From: Convolutriloba macropyga
Lineage: Eukaryota
Length of the DNA stretch: 64,000 bases
Assembly (NCBI RefSeq): GCF_964194025.1
Contig: NC_134468.1
Location: 76,632,001-76,696,000, forward strand
Reading direction: 5' to 3'
Shown: piece by piece, positions 49,751 to 60,500 of the stretch
Layout of the letters: every line of letters starts with the position of its first letter
Numbering within the stretch: the first letter of the stretch is position 1
Translations under genes and position numbers: made by a program
Notes under the pieces: model-generated
Database searches by the model: none
What the model saw: only the letters and a program-made list of their open reading frames with translations
Told to the model about the DNA's origin: nothing

Positions 49751-52700
49751 AAAACGCCTGGACTGAGCAGATTCAAAGGTTAACCATTTCTGTTCTCTTA
49801 ATCGAATATTTATTAACCTATTTTTCACCAAAGGGAGCAAAAAAGATCTTCGTTACCGCATATGTAATTGTCCCAAAAATTATGTAAAAACGATTTTGCG
49901 GTTGCAAAATTCGGTCCTAAGAAAGTGTTTATTATGCCTCTATCTAAATTTACAATTTCAATAGTGAGTTGACTCGCCCCGTTACGTATCATCTTCGTAT
50001 TTTCTTTGGTTATTTTCCTTAATTTTAACTGGATTCTTCTTTTATCTGATTGTAATAATCTAACCTCTTCCTCATTAAAAATATCCATATAGAATTGGTT
50101 TGTTAGCCTTTTTCTCTTTTCAGTGCTTTTATAAGAACTTTACAAAATTCGTATATGTGGAGTTCCCTCACAGTGCATGGTTAACGTTTGACTCTTAAAG
50201 TTCCTACTACATCGTTTCTCCTCAAATAAAAGAGAGTTCTCCAAATTAATCTTTTGTATTTTCAAATTTTATGATCTTTGTTTTACTTGTTTTTCCATAG
50301 TTTAATACTCCTCACTTAAAAACGGGTTGAAAGTGGGTAGTGTAGACTCTAATCAACCATTTACGGTCAAAAATGTAGAAAACAATCTCATTGTACTTAA
50401 ATTTGGTATTCTAGTTTTTGTAACTCCTTTTAATTGCGCTTCAAATTTTTGCTTCTGATCAAATATCAAACCTGTGTACTTGGAAATTTGAAGAGTTTCT
50501 ATTTTTTTTTCCATTCACCACAACAAGCCTGTTACCAGAGTGGCATGGAAATTCTACTATGTGTATTTTTGACGTGTTAATAATTAGTTTATGTTTATGC
50601 TTTTTTTTCAAGTTTTCATTTTGCAGTTAAAACTCTAGTATCAGGTTTGTAGCTCAGACGTACTGATGAGTCGTTTGCATATAATGTTATCTGAATATCT
50701 GAAAAGGCCTCTGGAAGCTCATTTATCTATACAAGAAAGAGGACAGGACCGAGCACAGTACCTTGCGGAACACACGTATCTATTTTTTGTGAGGAAGACT
50801 TTTTAGCTCGCGGCACCGATTCAAAGAGATGACAACATTTTCTGCCTCGAGATTTTTTAAAATTGGAATCAAGTATGCGTTGATAGTAGGATTTGTTTTT
50901 GACGGACAAATGTTAACAGCCAATAACTGTTATTTGCTTTTCTGAATTAATGATTCAGTTTTATTGCAAATGGTTTTTTTCAATTTTAGACGAATAAAAA
51001 TCTCAGCTGATCGTTTCAATTTTTTATACAAAATCAGTTTATCAATTTCAAGGAAACAAAAAGTGATCGCAGCTGTTCTCGTATATATTTCTTTACTATA
51101 TAACAATTTATAAAGAAACCAGATTCAATTTTCATCAAAACAGTTGATATTGAGCCCATAAATATTCTATTTTTCGATAATTTAGTTTGTTGTGATGAGT
51201 TTTAAACAACTATTTCACGGAAAAAGAGCATTTTTTGAACTAAATAGCTCAACAGGAGGAAGATTTTTTAGCTCGCGATGAAAAATTGTGTTCTGTTGGA
51301 AAGAAAGTCTTGCAAAAATGCTAACACTGGTCCTCTTAAACCGTAATCTGCACTTTTCGTAGAAGCAATTTGTGATCAACAGTGCCAAATGCTTTCTTTA
51401 AACCAAGGAAAATGCAGATAAACTTTTTTGCTATTATTAGTTCTGATTTCTTCAATTATATCTGTATTTGCCTCTACAGTGCTTCGTTTTTCTCGGAAAC
51501 CAAATTACTTGGAGTGCAAGAGGCTAAATTTTCCGAGAAAAGAAACTATTCTTTTTTTCAAAGCTTGTTCATAAAATTTGCTGATTACAGGGAACAAAGA
51601 TATAGGACGATATCTTTGGGAATTTTATTTCTGAGATCGCCCTATCAATCAGAAAAGGCAAAATTCTGCTGATTTCAGAGTTGGCCATTTTTAAAAACTT
51701 ACTGCTCATACCCATAAAGTCTTCAGGTTCACTCTTCTTTAGGCAATTAATACATCTAGCAATTTCAAGAGGACTTGTGTTTCTAAAGAAAAGGGATGAA
51801 CTACCCAGATTTTTACTTTTTGGTTCCACATGGGTCGGCAGAACTGATGAAGGATATTTGCCAACATTGACAAAATATGTGTTCACGCTATCGGCGTTTA
51901 AATTATTTACACAGAGCTGGTTATAATTTCCAATATGCTGAAAAATTTTCATTTTTTTGAAAAACCTTTTTTTGTCCCAGGGTATCATTAAAAAGAATCT
52001 GATAATTTTTTTTGATTTGTCGACTAGTTTTTAAACTTTTTCGCTGGTTTTTGTAGCGTTCCCAAGAGTTTCGGTTTCTTCAAAAAAGAAAACTTTGTAA
52101 AACTTCATCCTTTACGCCAACAACTTCTTGATATTATTTGTGATACACCCCTGTGTTTTTGTTTCTATTTAGATTCGGTTTTTCTTTTTTGGAGCAAAAC
52201 GTTGACAATAATTCACTTATTTAACCGTTGATCAGTGCAAAAACGTCATTGATATCCCAATTTTGGAGTTCTTCTTAGCAATCCTGAATAGCAAATGACA
52301 TCCATTTTTAAGTTGATTTAAGTGAGATTCGTCTTCAGATTTTTTGCCATTCTCATTAAAATCCATTCAATTAAAATATTTTCTACTTAAAATATGTCTA
52401 TTTTGCCTAGAACGCTGAAATGATCGGCGATATCGGTTTGGTCAACGGCACAGTAAATTTTAAACTTGGTAAAGCACAAACCTATTAGAGAAGTAGAAAT
52501 TCTTCCTTGTCTTGCGATTTCTTGGTTTTTCAGACAAAAATCTTAGCTCTCCATAAATTCTATTATCCATGATACCGTGAACGAAATGTTTAACAGAATA
52601 ATATTGTATTCCCCGCAATGAACATGATGTATAGTTTTTGTTTTCGGTAGATTGTCTAGTTGTAAATTCCTTGCTTCAATATATCATCACATGTATCAAG

Positions 52701-53050
52701 TGTTTTGTACACAATTGTGAATGCAAACTGAGGTGTAGCGTTGTGTACAAAAGTGGTAAGATATTGTGCAGCTTTTGAGGTAGGTTCCCATACCACCTCC
52801 TCGTTTATTCCGGTTGCATAAAAGAACTTCCTGCTAACTTTCTATTTTGAACACTTTTGCAGTGGTAATTTCGATAACCAAGTGAGGTTTTTTGCTGACC
52901 AATTGAATAAGCTCTTTGAGATTTTTGCTCATTGATCTCATATTCTGCAGTAGAAAGAAAGTAGACATTTTCCATCTATTTTCCCCCATTGCACACTAAA
53001 CCATTGCAATAGTGATAAAGAAAAAGGATGATGTGCTCATTCAAGAATTC
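49750..53050 (-). mobile_element. Decayed CR1/L2-like LINE ORF2 (endonuclease, RT, C-terminus)
   Basis: Minus-strand motifs KRGGGMG (~52800), IPWD, FLGLKKAFGTVDH (~51390), FLSNRTQF, VPQGTVLGPVLF (~50750), LYAND (~50675) and DNYICGNEDL, which matches DNYILGNTEL of the 10.3-kb LINE. Confidence 0.85.
50811..51258 (-). repeat. 448-bp inverted copy of 48874-49321
   Basis: Reverse-complement match with only a handful of mismatches; flanked by a 22-bp direct repeat. Confidence 0.93.
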
Positions 53051-54321
53051 ATTTAAAAAGAAAAAAACTGTTATACTCATTCAAAAGTCGTGAATCATCG
53101 CCGAAGTTGCATTGTTTTGACCGAACAAAAAATGTCATCACAGGTTGGTTTTCCGCGGAAGCCGCAGAAAAACACTTGTTCCTTAGGTTCAATTGTGCCA
53201 CCGCGGAAGTCGCAGTAACACAATTGTTCTTACATCAGCATTTGTTCTCAAAAGTATTCACAGAAGTATTAACGCGAAAGTAGCAGAAATACATCTTATC
53301 TCATAAAGATACCTTGTTATCACTGTTGTTGTTCCGTGTGTGTTGCAGAATAAAACATTGACAAAAATCAATTTAAAAATCAACTGTATTTTCGCTGAAG
53401 CAAATAAACAATACAAAACTCCTTTTTTTATATTTCCAAAACAAATTTACCTAAGCCGAAAAACGTTCAAGAGATATCCTGAGATTGCTAAACCGAGACG
53501 CTTACATAGACAACCACACAAACATTGTAACTCAACGCGAACAAATTTTGAGTTTAGATCATTAGTTTTTCTTTCTTTTTATGCTTCAGCTAGGAAGTTT
53601 ATGTTAATCATTTGCCTTTTTTCTTCCGGAGACATTTTTTCATAACTTTCAGCTCGCAATCTGGCCTTTTCCATGCGACCATGGGTTCGCTCCCACTCTC
53701 GAGTGTTGTCGATGTTTTGGCGAGCTGGCTTTTTGATAACAAGCCTTGCATTAGATTTAAAGAAAACAACCCGGTTTTAAAAAACGAATTAGACCAACAA
53801 CATCCAATAAAAAACAGGTTGAATTCTTGATCCGGTAGAAGACAGCTTGTATGCTAACGAAAGAAGCGATAATCTCATTGATAACTTTTTGACATTCACA
53901 ATAAAACGCATGATCTTTTAAAGAAAATCTATGAAAATATTCATCATTGACAAAAAATATCTGACTTCATTTTTTCATTCCAATGTTTAAAACAAACATG
54001 TCTTCTGAACTTAATCCAATTGATTCAATGTGTTCCTGGAGAAGCATTTCATTTCTTGGTTCAGTTCAAATCATTGAAACATTATACAACAAGAGCAAAA
54101 TATGGCGCTGAGGAAAACTCCCGCAATCGGTAGAATGTCGTGAAAAAATCTTTATTCATGAAAGCTGCAAACCTTTAAAGTAATCACCGCTAAACTTAAG
54201 CCAAAACTTATCATTATCAAAATCAAAACTATAATTATCAAAAATTGTTTTTACATAATTACTACTGGGTGTGTACATAATCTTACATTAGGTTGCAGGG
54301 GCAAACTGGCAAATTTAAGAG

Positions 54322-56465
54322 ATGATTAAAATTACACGCACTATTAATTATCGTACGTTTTGCAATCCTCATAAATGGGACAAAACATTTCTAATAGGAT
54401 TTTGCGTATGCTTTTATCTCACAGCGCTGGAGCATATATTATCTTATAGGGGAATTAGGATTGTTGACGGCATTAGTTAAGCCTGAGCATAGTTTCCAGG
54501 AATTTGGGGATTAGTGCAATTGAGAAAATTTGATATCTCTGGGCCATCTCGACAAATGTGGCGTCTGGTAATGAAAAACTTTCATCGTGCGCAGTATATT
54601 TTCATGATTTAGTTCCCATTACCGCACTATTTGGAAAAACTGGAAGCTAAAAATCGTTTTTTTCTTACGTTCCTGTTAAAACGTTTTAGCTGAAACTGCT
54701 GAAGCCAAACAATTCCGTCCACGTGGGTATGAAAACTCCTACTATGTTGAGCCACTGGGAAAGGGTGGGTTTCCCATAACAAGATGCTTCAAACCATTAA
54801 CGCAGTCATTCAAATACTTTTACGAAATCCGACAGTATTGCTTGAGAACCATTGCAGCTAAAAACAGGTAAAATCCTAGATTGAAGTCGTCAGAGACGGC
54901 TGGGGCGAATTACCATACAAGATCTACAATCATAGAAAATACACAGGAAGTTCAGAAATGGACTACTTTCACAAATTTATTGCTTTTAATGAGTTTTTTT
55001 TCTTGAAATCAAGTATAGCACATTTATATGGAACCCGGGTCGAGCTGTTACCACCATTATGTATGTAGTTAAGTAAGATAAGCAGTGAATGCAGAAAATA
55101 TTGTAAGAAAAGCGGTGAATGTGGTGAAGTTACATAAATCAGACGGTGATTGCGGTGAAGAAACCTTTATCGCCTGGTAGCGGTGAAATAATTACATAAT
55201 TTAAACAATTACATAAATTATCGCTTAACTTAGTGGTGAATTTACATAAATTCACCGCTTAGAAAAAAGTGTTAAAATTGTATGAGATCAGAGGTGAAAA
55301 CGATGAAATTACACAAATGCTCCGCTTAGAAAACTCTTCTAATTGTATTTTTTTTCAACGAAGTTCAGATACATTTATTCAAAGACCCACGGAAAATTTA
55401 CCCACTAATAATCATACATCTTTTTGAAACTTTTTTTAAAGCGGTAAATTTATGTAATTTCACCACTAGAGTAAGCGGTGAACTTACATAGTTTCACCGC
55501 ATACTTCACCCGGGTCGAGAAAAAATCGGAAAATATGTAAGATAAGCGGTGAAAAGTTGGTTTTTTCACCGCAAATTTTGTACATAATTTTGAGGTGAAA
55601 TGCGGTGAAACTATGTAAGTTCACCACTAGAGTAAGCGGTGAACTTACATAGTTTCACCGCATTTCACCTCACAATTATGTACAAAATTTGCGGTGAAAA
55701 AACCAACTTTTCACCGCTTATCTTACTTATTTTCCGATTTTTTCTCGACCCGGGAAGTAATTCCGCGTCGAGGTTTGACGGTGAATTTTCGTAAGAAATG
55801 CGGTGAAATGCGGTGAAAAAAATAGGTGAAAGCGGTGAGTCGCGGTGGATTGTTTGTTTTTTCACTGCGTTCTCGGTATTCTTATAAAAAAGACACTTCT
55901 ATACACGGGTTGGATCTCTTACCTCCTGCATGTATTTAGCTTCATATTCAACTCCGCCAACTGTGACTTACTTCTATCATGGGGGGGGGGGGGGGGTTGA
56001 AGGGTTTGCAAGATAGATTCTGCTATTGATAATTTATCGGTACTTGTTAGCTTTTTGTAATGCGAGGGAATCAGAAAACATATATGAAGTTTAATATTTT
56101 AGACGGGACAAAGTTTACGTGTTTCAACCCAATAGTAAGCAATGCGGTAATGGCTGAAAGACGTGATTCCAAATTTTAACGAAAAAAATTCCTATCTTTG
56201 GCTGGGTTTCGTGAGACCCCGTGAATGCGATGGAACTGGACGAAGACCGGATCTCGATGACTTTTCTGGCCAATGGCTCCCAGGGTACTGCAAACGGGGT
56301 GCTGCAATGAACTTGAGCAGTTTCGCTTCAACGGACCCCAATAATAGGGAAAACAAGGAGCATTGTACTGTGTGTGACCACGAGTCTGTGGTTTGGGACA
56401 TAAGTTGTGAATATCGAGAAGCATACGCGGTCTGTGAAGTCAACATGGAACCTGAGGTGCCATAA
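54322..56465 (+). pseudogene. C-type lectin domain gene, disrupted; exons 54322-54475, 54690-54867 and 56103-56465
   Basis: Hydrophobic leader FLIGFCVCFYLTAL; RPRGY, RCFKP, YC; WLG, DPNN, EHC, WDISC, AVCE. Phases 1 and 2 are compatible. Frameshift near 56142 and TAA at 56148. Exon 1 is the least certain. Confidence 0.75.
55034..55754. mobile_element. Non-autonomous TIR element (TIR CCCGGGTCGAG, AA flanks) rich in GCGGTGAA/TTCACCGC repeats
   Basis: TIRs at 55034 and 55754; a related degenerate piece follows at ~55763-55908. Confidence 0.85.
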
Positions 56466-57099
56466 AGGGATGACGATGATCAGGTATACTGATTATGGAA
56501 TCATTTTGCAAATAATTCACATCGTTTCTATTATTGACGAATTACGATTGATAAAAACATTATCCAATCAAAAACGTAAAAAAGATTTTGGCGAGGGTGA
56601 TGAGTGGTGATTATTGAGACTTGACATTAAAAACTAAAAAATGTTGTTCATTGATTTAACTTTTGAGAGCTGTCCTTTCAGAGACATTTGATGGTAGTGA
56701 TGGAGGGATTGCGATACATAATCGCGATTCAGTTCGAGTTGGCTATTCTATTGCAGTTCATGTTGGCGGGTTTTGCTCTGTTCTGTATTTGCCTTGCAAG
56801 AACCATTTTGAGCTTCATAAATCTTTCCGCTAAAGTAGTGATTATTTCGAGCATAATTATTGTTCTTTAGAATTTATTTTTTCATCAGTTCACAATTAGC
56901 TGCTGAATCTACTTCGTATCTGCGCTCAACATTCTGCTTGCTACTAAGCAGACCAAACTTTCGCTCCACGAATAACACCTAATCAAAAAAAGCCGTACAG
57001 TAGCTTCTCAAGTTCTCATACGTCAATATGATTCGGTTGCGTAGGCAAAACATCCTACAAAGATAAAGATCACTTACTTAACTTTAACAATATGTTTAG

Positions 57100-60000
57100 G
57101 CCTATATAAATGGGGGTCCCAAACTAAGCTCGGGGGGGGGGGGCGCTATCAGAAAAGATGCAAAAAAAGATTAATCATGCAATACAATAAAATAGCAAAA
57201 GAAGATTGCTCAGTTGTAGCAAAAAAGGGGCATCAGATTAACACTTCATATTTCATAAGCATACTCCCTTACTTAGTTTTTTCTTTTTATCTTTCGAGAA
57301 CAGTGAGTAAAAAATAAAAGCTAGATTGCTTTTACAAATGGGTTAGCAACATTATTTTGATCATAATTTGGACCCTTTGGAAGAAGTCGGGAGAAACACT
57401 TGCCCCACCCATGCACATAATAACTGAATAACTGTTTTTAAAGGTGTAATTTTGCAATGTCTTCAAAGCAGTCGTGCTATAAGCTTACCCAATTAAAGCC
57501 CTTCGATTCTAAGGGCCATCTTTGAAGCCAGGTCACGAATGCTTTTAGATTACAAAACAATAGCAAAAATTTTTTTTACAGTATTTCTACTCGAGAAATA
57601 GTTAACAAGTTTTGCCTTAGATTAAAAAACAACCCAGTTTTAAAAAATAAATTAGACCCACAACAACCAATAAAAACAGGTTGAATTCTTGATCCGATAG
57701 AAGAAAAGAAAACTGTATGCTAATGAGGGAAGCGATGAACTTGTTGATAATATTTTGACATTCACAATAAAACGCATGGCCATTGATTTAAGAATGATCT
57801 TAATGTTTATTGACCTGCATATTCCAAAAAAGAATATGAAGTCGAGAAAAAACTTGCCCCACCCAATCACATAATAAATGAATCATTGTTTTCAAAGGTG
57901 TGGCTTTTCAATGTCTTCAAAGCAGTCGTGCCATACGCTTACCTAATTAAAGCTTTTCGTATTTAAGTGACAGCTTTGAAGCCAGGTCACCTATAAAATT
58001 TAGAAACTGAAAGATGAGAATCATTTGAAAATTACTTACAATGCTTGTTTGAATTAGAATCCTCAAAGGTGACTGGATATCTGAATCGGGATTCTTCAAC
58101 TGAATGGTGGGTTCCTTAGAAAAACCTAGCGAGCTTTTAAGCATGACTTTTTACTATATTTAATGACTTAATTGACTCTATTTTAGTTATAAATCGGAAA
58201 AATTAGACGTCAGTTTTTTTTAAATTCAAAAGATTTAGTTTTTAGGATAATCAAAAATCTGAGCTGCAAAAAATACCACTGAGCTGTTAAAAAGTTCACA
58301 AAAGGCTCTGAATAATTCTTTAAAATCCCTCACAACAAACTAGATGTTCGAAAAATAGAAGATTTTGAGGCTTAATTTCAACGGTTTTGATGAATATGGA
58401 ATCTGGTTTCTTAATATATTGTTATGTAGTAAAGAAGTATCTGTAAAAACAGCTGGGCTCAGTTTTTTGGCTGCTTTCTTGAAATCGATAAATCATATTT
58501 GTATGAGAAAAAAAACGAGATTTGATCCAGGAAAGCACGATGCATTTTTAAGCAAGTCGTTGATTGAAAACAAACCCGTTTCAAGGAAACGAAATCATTA
58601 ATTCAGAAAAGCAAATGACAACTAATGGCTAATAAAAACACATCTTTCAAAAACTAATCTTATCATCAACGCATGGAGATTCCGAGTGATGTTTGTCGTC
58701 TTTTTGAACCGGTTACGTGAATATTAGTGAGACGGAAAATGGGCCACAGAATGCCAAAATGTTATCCCCAATGGGACAGGTTTGGCTTCAAATTTTCATT
58801 TAGATGTTATCAAGTTGATATCGAGACCCACGGGCAGCTATGACCAAATCTTGGACAGTAATAGCTTTTCCTAATATCCCTAAGTATAATTTAATAAAAA
58901 CTGGGTATTAATGCATCAAAATGTCAAAATTTCTTTTTAGCGATGCTTTAAAATATGCAATGAAAAGCTTTTAATTTTCAACTTTAGAATGCTTTTAGAT
59001 TACAAAACAATAGCAAAAAATTTTTTCTACAGTATTTCTACTCAAGAAATAATTAACAAGCTCTGTATTAAAAAAAACAACCCTGTTTTAAAAATTAAAT
59101 TAGACCCACAAAAACCAATTAAAACAGGTTGTGTTCTTGATCCGATAGAATAAAGCTGTATGCTAACGAGGGAAAGCGGTGAACTTGTTGATAATGTTTT
59201 TACATTCACAATAAAACGCAAGGCCTTTGATTTAAGAATGACCTTAATGTTCACCTGTAATATCTTCAAAGTACTCGTGCCATAAGCTTACCTAATTAAA
59301 TCTCTTCGATTTCAAGGGACATCTTTGAATCCAGGTCACCTAGGAAACTTAAAAGCTACAAGGCTCTGCGACATCATAAGTGAAAATAACAGTCCGTTAG
59401 AAAAACCAAAAAAATTCTCCAACAGTAACTTGTAGTCCGCAATGAGATACGCAAGTCTTTTAGCTTTAGTTTTCATATCAGGTAAATATAACTCTTACAC
59501 TCTGTTCATTTTTCATCAAATTTTGTACACGATATTATTGGACTTAAAAAGTTCACGTGATCAGATTTACTGTTAAAAAGTTTGTTATTTGATCAATATT
59601 TAAGGACTGAAAAGTGATTATTTAAAATTTTGTCTTTGTTTGTTATCTGACCAAAAAACTTGATTTTAGAAAGTATCATTAGAAAAAAATGTTCCCGAGA
59701 AAAGTTACCTGAAGGTTACATTTGATCAACAAAATAACACTGCCTGGGATCAGTGCATTTGTAATCGTATCCCTTCAACTTAAACACTTTCAAGCAAATT
59801 GGCATCAATTATTTGTTCGAATTGCAGAGCCTAGAAGCCTGTTGTCTCGGGAGAAAATACTGAGTGATGAGAATCATTTGAAAATTACTTACGATGCTTT
59901 TTTGAATTAGAATCCTCAAAGGTGACTGGAAATCTGTATCGGGATTCTTCAACTGAATGGTGGGGTCTTTAAAAAAACCTAACGAGCTTTTCGATCTTTA

Positions 60001-60500
60001 ATGCATGACTTTTTATTAATTTTATTGATTTAAATGACTGTTTTTTTTAGATATAAGTCGGAAATGCTAGACGTCAGTTTGTTTTAATTTCAAAAGATTT
60101 AGTTTTTTGTATCATTAAAAACCTGAGCTGCAAAACAGTTCACAAAAAGGCTCTTAATAATTGTTTAAAATCCCTCACAACAAACTCGATATTCGAAAAA
60201 TAGAGGATTTTGAGGCTTAATTTCAATGGTTTTGTGAGCATTGAATCTGGTTCCTTTATAAATTATTGTGTAGTAAAAACAAATATTCATAAAATCAGCT
60301 AGCTCATTTTTTCCTGCTTCCTTGAATTCGATAAATCATACTTGTATAGGAAAAAAACGTGTCCTTGTCCTTGGAAGAATTTGATCCAGGAAAGCATGGC
60401 GCAATTTTAAGCAAGATTTAATTGAAGGAAAAACAATTGCAAGGAAACGAAACCATTCATTCGGAAATTAAATGACAACTAATCCCTAATAAAACACATC
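57100..60500 (-). repeat. Very old, locally multiplied LINE-derived repeat (block 2)
   Basis: Internal duplications (57535/58985, 58010/59865) and homology to 45.6-49.7 kb and 53740-53920. The minus strand reads FDILMH..IKLYLGILGK, SRYQL and VDD near 58660-58930. Confidence 0.7.

Noticed and set aside
22022-56150. Stop-codon reassignment or readthrough suggested by in-frame stops in Copia, Gypsy and the lectin
   Set aside because: All three stop types occur at unrelated residues alongside frameshifts, and both intact host genes end in TAG.
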